Shown here: positions 26,911-40,800 of the stretch, in pieces
Layout: every line of letters begins with the position of its first letter
Numbering within the stretch: the first letter of the stretch is position 1
From: Balanoglossus misakiensis
Lineage: Eukaryota; Animalia; Hemichordata
Direction of reading: 5' to 3'
Assembly (NCBI GenBank): GCA_040954595.2
Contig: CM082579.2
Coordinates: 14,670,550-14,734,549 of the forward strand
Length of the DNA: 64,000 nucleotides
The notes under the pieces: generated by a model
The model's database searches: none
The model's input: only the letters and a program-made list of their open reading frames with translations
What the model was told of the DNA's origin: nothing
Program-made: the position numbers and the translations under genes

Positions 26911-28087
26911 CTGTGAATCAAATATATGCTTATCAATTAGTAACCAATCAACCTTGCTTTAGAATTATTTGGGCCATACTAATTAGTGAAAATATGCAAA
27001 ACATGGTATAATATAGGGTCAGACTGTGCTGCGATAATGTACGTGGAATACGAATCAGAGAAATCTGTAACAGCGATCTTGAAACTCCATTTACATCAGT
27101 ACTGCAGTAAAGTGGTCCACATGGGTATACCACAAACATGGCAGTTAGGTGACAAGTGAAACTGACATCATATCTGTAAACGACAGGTGTACACACACTT
27201 TGACATCTACGTAACACTGTACAATGATTTCTTAATGTTTGTTGTGAAAATGAACCTTACATTTGATCCACCTCACTTTTCATACAACTGGTTAGCGCAA
27301 GAATGTAAATTGTTGGCAATTATAAAACATTTGTTTTACTATAGAAAAGTAAGCCTTTACATTTAAACTTTGAATATCAGTATACTAAAATGTTTCAAAC
27401 GTGGCTGTCAGTATATCTCATGGCATGGTGGCAGAAGTACATGTTGTTACCAGGGAAGACACATTGAACATAGACAAGCGCACTAGTCGCTTGGTGATTT
27501 TTCATCTAGATTCTCAAAACTTTCTGTGCATTTGGTAGCTTTGAGCAAGTTTCTGGTACTGAGCTGAGTTTCGAATTTGGAACTGGGCTGCTTTGGCTTT
27601 GATTACCATGGGCCAATATGATCTTATGCACACATTTTTGAAAAAAACTCCAGCCTGTTTGTGTCGTGATCTATATTTTTCTTTGTGGCCTAAGGTATTG
27701 TTTTATTTCACTATAAACAACATTACTTTCCTTCATGTGTCTATATATAATAATAGATCTCTTAGCCAGTTTGATGAAGCATAGTGTTGGACTAGCACAC
27801 TTTCAGCCAAAATTACGGTATCTCCCCGTGTATTGGTATGGGAGTAATTTCTAGCTATATGGTTAAGGAAATGCATCCAAATTTAATTTATGCTTCACAT
27901 GAAGATTTGAACTTGACCATTTAATTCATGTCATCACGATCATATCACAGGCAACCGAGGCTAGAATTCGAAGGAAAAAAGTATTGATAACTGGAAGGTG
28001 TAAATTAGTTCGTAGACATACATTGTTTCCTATTGTTTCGGTTGTGCCACGCCCGATAAAAGCAAATATACAGCAAGTCATGCTTAC

Positions 28088-28162
28088 CATTGAGCGGTCT
28101 TAAACTCGCCCCAGACGAGGAAGAGAATCCCGAGTTGAAATGCAGACAATTTCAGGCAGCAT
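28088..28162 (-). other. Putative 75-nt micro-exon B
   Basis: Perfect branch tactaac (28186-28192), acceptor ttcacag|, donor |gtaagc; flanks paralogous to exon A. Confidence 0.6.
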
Positions 28163-31100
28163 CTGTGAATCAAATAGATATAGAAGTTAGTAACCAGTCA
28201 TAGTAGCTCTAAGTTGGGTGTAAAAGTCTAAGTTGGGTGTACTAACTCTCCTTGTTAACAGTAACTTTCAAAGAAACTGAGCAATTGGTTAAAAAGATTT
28301 GCTATCCAAAAACAAAGAAATTTACAACAAACTACCTAAATATTGACAACCAGAATTTAATCAAAGTTGCACATACATGTACATGTGTTATGAAATTGTT
28401 AACTAACTTCCAAAGCAATCAGGAACCAGATATTAACTGAATATGCTCACGTGCAGTACTGTGATTGGTTGACAGAATAACAAGATTAGAAAAACCAGTT
28501 TTAAACCATTTTGGTTTATAGTGTATATGGTGTAAGGGTTGTGTGTTGCACCATTGTGAAATGTAAACATGTTTGTGGAATTGTTGCCTTGTCAATTTTT
28601 GTAAGGGGTTATGAGTCATGTACCCCATCCTGAACTGCATAAAAATAATAAGTCTATGGAATTCTAAAACTCTTTGATCAAAAATGGCAAGAAATATACC
28701 AAAAAGTATGAATATTTCACCAGATTTCAACAAATCTGATTTCTGTTCATGCCTAAGAACCTCTTTAACAAGTTTCAATAAGGTAGACATTTTGGCAAAC
28801 AACAGGAAATTCAGACAAATCTGACTGATATCACATATATGAATTCCCATTCAAAGTTTCCAACCAATTGGACTTGTGGTATTACCGAAGACTATTTGGC
28901 CAAACCCTGCAGAAATTCCCAAAAAATACAATTATGCAAATTTCATTACAATTTGATCATATCTGACTGAGATCACCCCTAGAAACCCAAATACAAAGTA
29001 TCAAAACAATTGCACCTACATTTCACAGGAATGGATTTTTTGGCAAAAACAGGAAATATTGCCCAAAAATGCATTTTTGCAAATTTCACCACCGTTTGCA
29101 CAAATGTGATTCAGGTAAGCCCTATGAACCTCCATACCAAGTTTCCAATCAATTGGACATGTAATTTCAGAGAAAAATTTTTTTTAACAAAACTGCAGAA
29201 AATTCCCCCAAAAATTCATAAAAAATAGGAAACGCCAGATACTGACTCCACCTGAACAAAATCATACGAGGTCTTCCCAAAGTACTTGCACACCAATGCA
29301 CGCCAATTTTTAACTTAATCTGATCCGCTGTTATTAAGTTTTTCAATTTTGACTATTTGAACATTTTTCCAGTTAATACCAGTATGCATTTTTTCGCAAT
29401 AACAATTTCTATGTACACACTAAATATCAGTAGTTTCAAGTTTTTGATGTTGATGGACATACACATACATACATCAATACATTAAGACGAAACTGATCCA
29501 TTCACAAAATACATAATTCTGTATGAGGCACACATACAGACATACATAGCCGACGGACACCAACTTATGCTATAAGCTGACATTTATATACATGTTAGCC
29601 AAAAACCAAAATCAACCTCAAAATAGACATTAAAATATATTGCACCACCATGAGAAGACAAATTCATTTTTTGACAAATTTTCTGGGGCGTCATTGATAT
29701 AGCATGGCATATTGTCAAAGTACGTAGGCTCTGTGATAAGATTCCATACACACAAAATGGTAACCTTGGAAGTCCAGCTGACGTAGTTATGCAATGGCGT
29801 CTCGTGTATTCCGTCGCCAAAAAATCATCGTAAACTAATTGATAGTCGGGGTCACAATTCAAGACGACTTTCTCTAAATTCTTTATGAATGGATTAAATC
29901 GAAATCGAAATGTTGACGTATGACGTACGGAATGAGATCTGAACAGACATTCAATGTTATCATTCTCGCTCGATCACATATTGGGTAGGCCATCTAGCAA
30001 TCGCTATATAGTATTGGCGATAACAGACTGTCTATAAACACACAAAACGGATTTTACTGTTGAGTGTGATCAACCGCCATGTTATTTTTCTCTGAACAAT
30101 AGACAAATAGAAAGCCTGGTGACATTTTGAGATTGACTGCGTGAGGACCACAATATGCGTGAATCATTTACGGTTTGTCTTGATGAATGGGTCACATCAT
30201 AGTCATAACGCGGATTCGGCTGCACGCCAACTATCCGCCATATTGTCTCCACTAACTTACTCGTAAGTAGTTTCAAACTTCATTTGAAAAGAGTATTCGT
30301 CTGACGGTCCTGTAGATTAACAATTTACGCTCTATGAAGCAACTAAACAACGTTAGCTTCCTTGTGGATTCACGTAGGGAAGTTATTCGTAACGACGGGT
30401 ACAGCGTCTGAGCATGGACAGAACCACGGCAATATCGCCAGGAATGTCTCATTTCACAGCGCCCTCAAACAGTCGATCTCCTCAAACTATCGTTTCCACT
30501 GGTCATATATGCAGCATTAACGAAAGCTCTCATAGACAACCATGTAATAGAAAAATTAAAACTTTAATAACTTCATTAATATCAAAGCCACACCCACCAA
30601 AACCTTTCCAGTTCTTGCCATATGATATCTGAACCTGTGTACTAAATTTGGTTGAAATCGGTTCAGCGGTTCTTGAGATATCGGGTATACAGACAGACAC
30701 ACACATACACAGACATCGCTAAACTATAAGCTCACGTGATTTTCAGGTGAGCTAAAAATTGGGTTACCCCTAGGAATATTCCTACCATATTTCAAAGCCA
30801 TCAAAAAAGCAGTTTCAAAGAAAAACACATTTGTTCAAAAGTGGCAAAAACACAAATATGCAAACATCTCTATAATTGTACACCATCTTACTTCAATCAC
30901 TACAAGGAACATTCCTGCCAAAATTCAAAGCAATCTGACAAGGGTTTGAACGGTTTAACAGAAAACAGTTTTTGACAAAGATTGCAAAAAATATCCCCAA
31001 TAACACAAGCACGCAGTTTTAACCATTTTTATGACATCTTCCTTGGGTTACCCCTGGGAATCTGCCTACCAAATTGCAAAGCATTCTGACCATAATTGGC

Positions 31101-33573
31101 AAAATTGCTCAAAATTATAAATATGCCTATTTTACAACAATCTGAACAAAAAATATGGTAACTCGGACCACCCATAGGAAGCTTCATACTAAATTTCGAA
31201 GGAGTCGGACTATCGCTTTCAGAAGTGAAGATTTTTTTTTACCAATAATGTGGAAAAAGACAAAGAAAATTAATAAACATTAGAAAATTCATAATATTAG
31301 CTCACAACATACAGGACTGTATGGGGTTCATTGACATACCAATCTGACCAGTGGTTGTCAAGTTTCTGACTTTTGACCAATTTCACATTTACACAGGTAA
31401 TATTTTGGCAATGACAATTTCATTTGAACAAAATCCCATCTACAGCCCCGCCTGCATCTACACACTAAATATGGAAGTGATATGCCCAGCGGTTTTCATC
31501 CATTCACTCATACATACAAATGCAACTGATTCCATAAGGTCCCAATCGTATATATGTACATAAACCAAATGGGACCTAAAAATTGCTCCAAAATTATAAA
31601 TACGCAATTTTTGGCAACAATTTAAACAAAACTATGGTTGGTAACTCAGATCACCTATGAAGCTTCATAATAAATTTCAAACAAGTCAGCTGATCAATTC
31701 CAGAAAAGTAGGTTTTTACCGACAATGTGGAAAGAGACAAAAAAAATGCTTAAAAATAGAAAATTCACATTATTAGCTCACAACATGTAGAATTGTGAGA
31801 GGATACCATAAGGTACATGCATACCAATTATCAATTTTGAAAGCAATTTGCCCAGTAGTTGTTGAGTTCCCAAGTTTTGACGAATTTGACACTTTCCCGG
31901 CTAATTTGCATATTTTGGCAATGACAACTTCACTTAGACAAACTCCCATCTACTGCCCTGTCTGCACATTAAATATCAAGGTGAAATGCCAGTAGTTTCC
32001 AAATGTTTGATGTTGATGGACATACAAACATCCATACATACAGGTGCAACTGATCCCGTAAGGTACCATGGTATAAATACATATACCAAATGGGACCTAA
32101 TAATTCTGATAAAATGCGTACATACGTACATACATACAAGTCAGCAATAAGGAGACGGGATAGTGGGCTGGCACTGAGTGTCTATTTCTATTGCAAATTA
32201 TAAACATGCAGCAAGTGTAAAAACCACATGTACCTTCAACGTCCTTGGACAACACATTTTTGTAACTTTCCCAGATCAATGGCTAATATTACTTGCCAAA
32301 GGCGACTAGAATTTTGGGGGCCTGATGCAAGTCTGATACATGTACTTCATGATTTAGAGATATGATGAAAATCGTGTCAACCGAATTACAGGGAAATCAG
32401 ATTTTCCATGTAAAATCATATCACCCAAAAGTGTCAAAAATAATTTTGAAACAAAAAGTCTACTCAAAATCATACCAAAATTTAAATGTTAATGCAGTAC
32501 GTTAGGCAAGCAATTTGAGAATGAAGAAACTTACAAAATAATTTATAAATTGTAAATAATTTACAAATGCCGCACACAAACTTACAATTACTACCATATT
32601 ACTGAACATGTTAAAAGGACATTGTACCAGCAGAGACATTGTGATCGAGCAATCCCCAAGATATACATGACATGGTCTAATTACAAATATTGAATATGTA
32701 AAATATGTACACAACACTTCCAGTCTTACAGTACAGTCAGCTGCTTGTGAACAATAGTCATGTAGCTATTTCATCAAATTTACAGCCCAAGTCTTGCCTA
32801 TACAATTCTCCCTACTTTAAACACGTTTTAAGCTACCCTAAATGAGTGATGAAAATCTCATACGGTCGATAATTTCAAGATGGCCGATTTTTGCCATGTT
32901 AAAGAAATGGGAGTTCATAAGCTAAAATGATGATGGGTCATTCTTGAACTTTTTAACAGAAAAAATAGCAAAAGTGAAAAAAAGTTTAATATGCTAACTA
33001 CCGAGACAGAAATGTTTGACCGAAGGAAGTCATGAAATACAGTAAACATATCATTTCTTCTATCTCTTACTACAGTTGGTTATGGACTTTCCGCCCAGAA
33101 TGCAATGAGATTTGACACCTAGCGCAAAGTGAAAAACCTATTTAAGGCAGCCAGAATTTTCTGCATAGTATGACGGAAACATTTGTAAAGTCATGGCTAG
33201 CATGGGTTGGCAGGTTTATGGGACCCGCTCAGGTTCCCTCGAATAACACATAATGCATGATTGGTGACTGATTATTGTTTATTTGTTGATTTTGTCACAT
33301 TTTCAGAAAAATCCCTATCAATCAGTCATATTTGTTTGGCCTTGCTATACAGCGCAATATGAATCTTGTTGACTGAAATTGTTGAGGATAGTGGTACATA
33401 AAGGTTACCAATTGGAAAATATTAAAATGATTATTAGTGGTGTCCAACTCTTCATGATAACCAGTTGTGGCTTGCCACCACCATAATTTTAAAAGGGTGA
33501 CTTCACTATTTGATGGGAAAAGGTAGCATTTACAAACAAGCTATGGAGCATGTATACAGCAAGGTGTGCTTAC

Positions 33574-33646
33574 CGGAAAGCGGTCTTGGATCAGGCCTAG
33601 GTATTCTCTTCCTCCTCCGGCATACGTTGAAATGCTGTGTTTAAGA
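33574..33646 (-). other. Putative 73-nt micro-exon A'
   Basis: Same splice signals; 73/73 identical to exon A while the flanks differ. Confidence 0.6.
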
Positions 33647-33984
33647 CTGTGAATCAAATATATGCAAATATTAATTAGTAACCAATCAACCTTGCTTTAG
33701 AATTATGTGGGCCATACAAATTAGTGAAAATATGCAAAACATGGTATAATATAGGGTCAGAAAAAATTTCCAGCCTGTTTGTGTCATGATTTACATTTTT
33801 CTTTCTGGCCTAAAGTATTGTTTTATTTCACTCTAAACAACATTACTTTCCTTCATGCGTCTAATATAATAACAGATCTCTTAGCCAGTTTGATTAAGCA
33901 TAGTGTTGGACTAGCACACGTTCAGCCAAAGTTAAAGTATCTCCCTGTGTATTGATATGGGAGTAATTTTAGCTATATGGTTAA

Positions 33985-34331
33985 AGGGACAAAGTCTCTC
34001 TGTCGCTGTCCTTTTTCCATTAATTATGTTTGATACAAGACACTGTTTATGTCAATGTACATTTGGATATATAGTGAATAAATGATCAACCACACAAAAC
34101 TTCCATCCCGCTTGTATGATATGAGAGTAAAAACTCGCCCAAAATGAATAAATGGTAAAGAACGATTATTCATTTTGGCGAGTATTTTTACTCTCGTGTC
34201 TACAAGTGGGACGGAAGTTGTGTGTGGCTGAACGTTCATTCACTATATATCTACATGTAGAATAACAAACGGTGTCTTGTATCAAATATAATTAATGGAA
34301 AAAAGGGCAGCGAGAGAGAGACTTTGTCCCT
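33985..34331. mobile_element. MITE with TTAA TSD (Kolobok-like)
   Basis: ttaa|agggacaaagtctctct ... agagagactttgtccct|ttaa; empty site ggttaagg at ~27861; family copies at 55109 and 56065. Confidence 0.9.
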
Positions 34332-34573
34332 TTAAGGAAATGCATCCACATTTATTTTATGCTCCACGTGAAGATTTGAACTTGTGAGTTGTCCATCTAA
34401 TTCATGACATCACGATCATATCACAAGCAATCGAGGCCAGAATTCGAAGGGGAAAAAACAGGTACATTGTATTGAAAGCTGGAATATGTAAATTAGTTCG
34501 TAGACATACATTTCTTCCTATTGTTTCGGTTGCAACACCCGATAAAAGCAAATATAAAGCAAGTCATGCTTAC

Positions 34574-34648
34574 CATTGAGCGGTCTTAAACTCGCCCCGG
34601 ACAAGGAAGAGAATCCCGAGTTGAAACGCAGACAGTTTCAGGCAGCAT
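34574..34648 (-). other. Putative 75-nt micro-exon B'
   Basis: tactaac branch, ttcacag| acceptor, |gtaagc donor; 4 substitutions relative to exon B. Confidence 0.6.
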
Positions 34649-34851
34649 CTGTGAATCAAATAGACATAGAAGTTAGTAACCAGTCATAGAAGCTCTGCGT
34701 GGCAGGGCTGCGTGTTAACGGCTATACCATAGCTCCCACTGGTAGCTTATAACAGTCTCAATGGTGCCAAAAATCTCCCCAACAACAAAACCAACCCTGG
34801 TCAGTTTATTCGCTATCGCTTTGCCTTAAAAGTTATACTGTAGTGTGTTAC

Positions 34852-35272
34852 CACAGGGGGCTCCTTCCTCCGCGATTTTATTGTTTGTTTGTTGTTGTTG
34901 ATTGGCATAATAAACAAATACATATTTCTTTATTAATAAATATGGTTTGTTGACATGTAAGTGTTAGGGTATATTCAACAGTTAGGGTTACTGTTGGCAT
35001 TTTTTTCGATCCACGGCCCCGGGCATCACTAAGCCACAGGGGGTGGGGGGGGGGGGGGGGGGGGTTGGGGGGGTGATGCCGGCCATGGATCGAAAAAATG
35101 CCAACACTAATTCTAACCGTTGAATATACCATAACCTGTCAAATATACCCTAATAACCTAACCCTTACATGTCAACAAACCATATTTATTAATAAAGAAA
35201 TATGTATTTGTTTATTATGCCAATCAACAACAACAAACAAACAATAAAATCGCCTAGGGAGAGCCCCCTGTG
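34852..35272. mobile_element. Palindromic MITE with 7-bp TSD
   Basis: gtgttac|cacagggggctc ... gagccccctgtg|gtgttac; ~90-bp perfect inner arms (34873-34961 vs 35164-35252); G-run in the centre. Confidence 0.85.
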
Positions 35273-36097
35273 GTGTTACGGTACCACCTGCTCCACAATA
35301 ACAAAGCTGACTCGAGCCAACGAACGACGTACAATTTACTCGCACGGTGTAATATAACGCACAAATTCCATGCGACTGTGAGTTTACTGTTTGGTGCTGT
35401 AACGCTTCCCAAAGTCAGAATTTCGATGTTGGGGGGACCCTCTCGCCCTACCACGACCAGTTTTTGCGAGAAGGAGTGTACATGTACTTGTAAAATAACA
35501 TTAAATGCCATGCTTACCAGAGAAACGACATCATCAAGCATGGAGGCGACCGGGACCTCCATGCTTGATGAACGTCAAAGCTGCAATGATTTTTCAAATG
35601 CAATGGTCAGCGGTACGAGAACGAGGCACCAGCTGTGCGTCAATTATGCAACTTACTTACTACTCAATCAGAATCCTGCTTCAACATGACGTAACACTAA
35701 TTAGTCAAAGAATGCAATGCAACGTATGTGTGCGGGTGGAGAATGCGCCTCACGTCAATGCAGACACACCAGACACACACACTGAAATGCAAATTGAGGA
35801 ATTATGTCACGGTGTTCTTTGGAAGTGCGAATGAATAAAATATTTCGTTTTCTTCAGTGTTTTTGTACTACAAAAAAAATTGCTAAAAAACGACTAGCAA
35901 GCGCTTATGCAATGAAATACAAATAAATATAATTATCGCCAATTGGAAATGGAACGTCAATCCGCATTTGTCAAAAAAAACAGAAAAGACAAAGGAGCTG
36001 AGACGTCCTAAAATAAAAGGAATGACCTCTCTGTTCTGACCTGTATGAGGAAGCCCTATTGTAATACGCAATATGTAGGATCATGCTACCATCCGCC

Positions 36098-36390
36098 ATT
36101 CTGATTGGACGAGAGATCAATCCATCGATACGAAAGTACTCAATAGAGCACTGCTAAAACTGGCCCCTGAACTAATAGCATGCAACAGGGAAAACGTGAC
36201 TAAATAAAAAAAAATATAGCTGATAAATTTACGGACGGCCGGTTTATTTTTTAACTGCTCTATTGGAACTGTTGTCACTGTCATGCACGATGCATGTCTT
36301 GTCATTGCGCACTCGTGTTAACATTCATCAGAGCGCCTTTCGATCAATTCGTAACGTTTACATTAGACTCGAGTTCATTTTCGTTATGAA
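36098..36390. repeat. Dispersed repeat, second copy at ~39665-39960
   Basis: Shared ctgattggac...tactcaatagagcactgctaaaactggcccctgaacta...acattcat...attcgtaac. Confidence 0.7.
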
Positions 36391-37838
36391 AATGACATTG
36401 ATATACACAAAGTCGATTACTGATATAAAATAATAGCAATAACCCTAACCATAGATTAGGCTATAGCATTCCGGTATTTTTTTCAATATCACTCAGGAAG
36501 GATTCTATAACATTCTGTTTTGTATCGGGATGTATAATTTAATATCCATACTACAAAACAAATATCAGCGGTAACTCAGAAAATATTGTTGAAAATTTGT
36601 TCTCTGTAGGCCTAACCATGGTAAGATAATGCAATGCCGGTAAGTATTTTGGAAGTCAAGGTTGCATTGTATTGTCTGGTGTTCAAATAATCACAAACAT
36701 CCCGGAAGACTAAATTCTTTCTGTCAAAACCACTTCTGCAACGACAAGAACTTTCAGGGCAGGCAAAACCATGGCATGAAGACGATATGAAGTCGATGAG
36801 TTAATGTTATGTTGAACCCGGCCACTTAACGTATCTTAACTATTCACACATTGACCATTCTATAATTCTCTCCCTTTTAATGTCTTCTTTGTGGTTTGTT
36901 TGTAAAAATGTTGCCTGTGTTGAAACTTGACTACTTGTCACTTTTGCCTACCAAGAATAATATGACCAAAAGGGGTGGCATGAAATTCTAGACTGTAACA
37001 AACCTCGATTTCATGACCCAAAGTTTGATTTTATGTGTTTTTGGTTTGGACGTGGCAAAGACATGTAAATTCCGACCACCTATACACCATCCATACATGT
37101 ATGAATCGACATCATTTATTGCACGAGAGACTTCAAGCAAGCATTCCATCATCGCAAAAGGACAAAGAGAGAGCGACTTTGTCTCTTTAAATTAATTTAG
37201 CAAGTTCAAAGTGAATGCCCACATGAAAACCTTTACTCAGCAATTTTTTTTGTAATTAATAAAACTAGGTTTGGTATGTTTTTGCGCTTGTTTTATTTTC
37301 CTTTTGTCTATAAATAGTCGTATATTTTAAAACAGCTAAAATGAGTCAAATGGGGCATTTTTCCATCCCACCTCATCCTAGCTAAGAGCTTCAGTGCCGG
37401 TCACCTCCACAAAATTAATTTACCACGAACAAATTGAAATACAGCCAATCGGAAAAAGTGCGCCACCACATGGTCATTTGAAGACTTTTATGCTCTCTTC
37501 TGGCCGTAAACGCATGTGATCTGGAATAAATCGAACATCGATCGTGTTTTATTTATTTTCACCACCAGCGAAAATCTACGACGGCCCAACCGCAGATTAT
37601 TGCTGCTCCATACAACAACCGGCTTAAACTGTTCTGTGCATGTGTTTTGTGTTCTGGTGGCGTTTGCGGGTCTGAGACGTCATTTGTAGAAGGCCCTATT
37701 CGTTTTCTACCAATAACTTTTACCAACCATGCTAGAACTATTCCGTTTTCTTTGACGACGCTTGACACTTTTCTTGCTTTGTTGTTAGTACATGTAGTTT
37801 GTTTGTTCGTTACGTCTGTTACTGGGGTTCTTCACTTG

Positions 37839-40800
37839 TAGTCTGGTTACACTATGAGATAGGTGCCGTTAATCAGAATTTTTGGTAAGGAAGGTTTGAG
37901 AAGTCCATTCTATGTAAAAAATGGTGCTCATTCCAAAAAAGTCAGTCTTATTAACCCCACTCAAGACAAAATTGCCATTTTGGCCATTTTTAACCCCAAA
38001 ATGGTCTTTTTTTAGAAAACACTAAAAACACATTGTTTTCGTCACATTCTGAGATCTGATAACATATGATATGCTTATTCTATGTAAAATTTGGTGAATA
38101 TTACGAAAAAAGTAGTTCGATTGACCCAAAACAACAGAAAATTGCCTTTTTGACCAATTTTTGCCCCAAAAACGTCATTTTTAGAAAAAAAATAAAACAC
38201 ACGGTTTTCTTCATAATGATTGATCTGGTGATATATGGAAAGTCAATTCTATGTTAAAAGTGGTGACTTTAAAAAATAAAGCAGTCTTTTTGACCTCAAT
38301 CAATACAAAAATGCCATTTTTGGCCACTTTTTGTGGTCAAAAAAGGTCATTTTTACAAAAAAACTAAAAATAAATTGTGTTTATCATATTCAGAGATCAT
38401 TGGATATATGAAATGTCCATTCTATGTAAAAAATGGTGCTGATTCCAGAAATAGCAGTCTTATTGACCCTACTCAAGAAAAAATGCCATTTTTGCCACTT
38501 TTTGCCCCAAAACGTCATTTTCAGAAAACACACAAAATTTATATATTTTCTTCACTTTCGGAGATCTGATAATGTATTATATGCCCACCCTATGTAAAAT
38601 CTGGTGATTATTCGAAAAAAGCAGATTTATTGACCCAACCTAATGCAAAAATGCCCTTTTGGAAAGTTTTTGCCCCAAAAGGCCATTTTTAGAAAAAAAT
38701 TTAAAAACAAACTTTTCTTCATAAAGCTCAGAGATCATGTGATATATGAAATGTTCATCCTATGTAAAAAATGGTGCTGATTCCAGAAATAGCAGTCTTA
38801 TTGATCCTACTCCAGAAAAAATGCCATTTTGCCACTTTTTGCCCCCAAAACGTCATTTTCAGAAAACACTCAAAATTTATATATTTTCTTCACTTTCGGA
38901 GATCTGATAATGAATTATATGCCCACTGTATGTGAAAAATTTCCAAAAAAGCAGTTTTATTGATGCCACTCAAGATAAAAGTGCCTTTTTGGCAAGTTTT
39001 TGCTCAAAAAGTGTCATTTCTAGAAAATACGAAAATTATGCCATTTTCTTCCCATTGGTGATCAAATGATAAATAAAAGTACTAAAAAACCCACTCTTAC
39101 TGACCCCACTGAGGGAAAAAAATATCATTTTGGCCTCTTTGCTCAAAAAGGTAACTGTTAGAAAAAATAAATACAAACTTATTCCTTTATATTCAGAGCC
39201 CTTGTGATGTATGTAAATTCGTTTTTTTTGTGTGTGTGTGTGCAAAAAATATGCTGATACCAGCACAACGGTCTTATTGAGACACCCCGCTCAGTACAAA
39301 ATTGCCATTTAGCCATCTTTTGGTCAACAATAGGCATTTTCAGAAAACAAATATAATTGATGTTTTTGCCTTTTGTGTTCTGATGTTGTATATGCATATT
39401 TAAAACGCCATAACCATATAATGTCAATTAAATTGATGATATTGAAAGACAGGGTTGCCACAATTTGGCAAATTTAGCCCAAAACTGAACTTAACAATAA
39501 GATGATCCATGTATACGCACTGTCTACTATAAGTCGATTATGCGTGGTGTGGAATATTTAGGTTCAGATATGCCAGCTCGGGAGAGAGTGTTGAAATTTA
39601 TTCTCTTCAATCTGAATACAAAATCAGAAATTATATTATAATTTATATCATGATACCTCCGTCATACTGATTGGACAGGAGTGCAACGATGCTAGAATAC
39701 TCAATAGAGCACTGCTAAAACTGGCCCCTGAACTAGCACGCAGCAGGGAAAATGTGGGTTTAAACTAAATAAACATAAAACCCTTGACGTTTTAATTTGG
39801 AACTGCTGTATGGGAATATTTGGGCAATGTGCAATGCCTTTCTTTTGTCATCTGTATCATGTTTAGAGCTTGGTCCCGGGCGGCGTGTTTACATTCATTG
39901 ACGCGAGTTTTGTTCCATTCGTAACTTCTTTTCCTCTCGACGCTGTTTCATCATCATTATGAGTTCAACTTGGGCTAATTTTGCAAAATCTCCAAATACA
40001 AACATTTTTTCGGTACAAAATGGCTAAAATGATAATTTTTTCTTGAGTAGATCTATTTTTGGCTACAAATAGCAAAAAAGGCAATTTTGACAACCAGAGT
40101 GCCGTTTTTGGAATAGTCACCAAATTTTACACAGAATGGACTTTTCATACATGATCAGATCTCTGAATATGAAGAAAACAATTTGTCTTTAGTTTGTTTG
40201 TTTTTAATGAACATTTTTGACCAAAAAAGTGGCCGAAATTACAAATTTCAATTGAATAGGGTAAGTAAGACTTCCGTTTTTGGAACAGTAACCACGTTTC
40301 AATATAGAATGGGCTTTTATTTATAATAAGATCACCGAAAGTGAAGAAAAGAGAATGCTTATTAATATATTCTTAAAAATAACAATTTTGTGCAAAACTT
40401 AGCCAAAAAGGTGATTTCATCATGGTTGAGGTAATTAAGACTGCATTTCTGGAATCAACACCTATTTTACAATTAATGTACTTTTCACACATCATAGAAT
40501 CTCCAAATAAGAATCAAACAGTTTGTTTATAATGATTTTCGAAAAGTGGCTTTTTGGGCAAAAACTTGTCAAAAAAGCACTGTTTTCTTGAGTGGCGCTA
40601 GTAATTTTTTTTTGAATTTTTTCACATAGAGTGGGTACATAATACATCATCATCTCCGAAAGTGAAGAAAATATAAAAGTTTTGGGTGTTTTCTAGAAAT
40701 GACACTTTTTGGGCAAAAACTTGCCAAAGGGCACTTTTATCTTGGATGGCATCAATAAAACTGCTTTTTTGGAAATTTTTCACATAAAGTGGGCATATAA

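Larger units (their letters stand above)
17400..32100 (+). mobile_element. Cluster of degraded non-autonomous Helentron/DINE-like elements
   Basis: Many diverged internal subrepeats (catactaaatttcaaag...ttttgaccaaaa...aatatgcaaa). Copies end in an (acag/acat)n microsatellite followed by a 3' hairpin, e.g. aggtcccat...atgggacct at 24396-24423, ~24873, ~31537, ~32061 and agctcacgtga..tcaggtgagct at ~30729. Family assigned from architecture only. Confidence 0.55.
22610..34695. repeat. Tandem segmental duplication: ~22610-28210 vs ~30800-34695
   Basis: Collinear blocks (24430-25616 ~ 31640-32920; 26404-27020 ~ 32918-33760; 27645-28210 ~ 33760-34695) differing by substitutions and copy-specific insertions. 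Confidence 0.9.

Noticed and set aside
35254-35834. Overlapping 100-140-aa ORFs
   Set aside because: No recognisable motif; they start within a MITE end.
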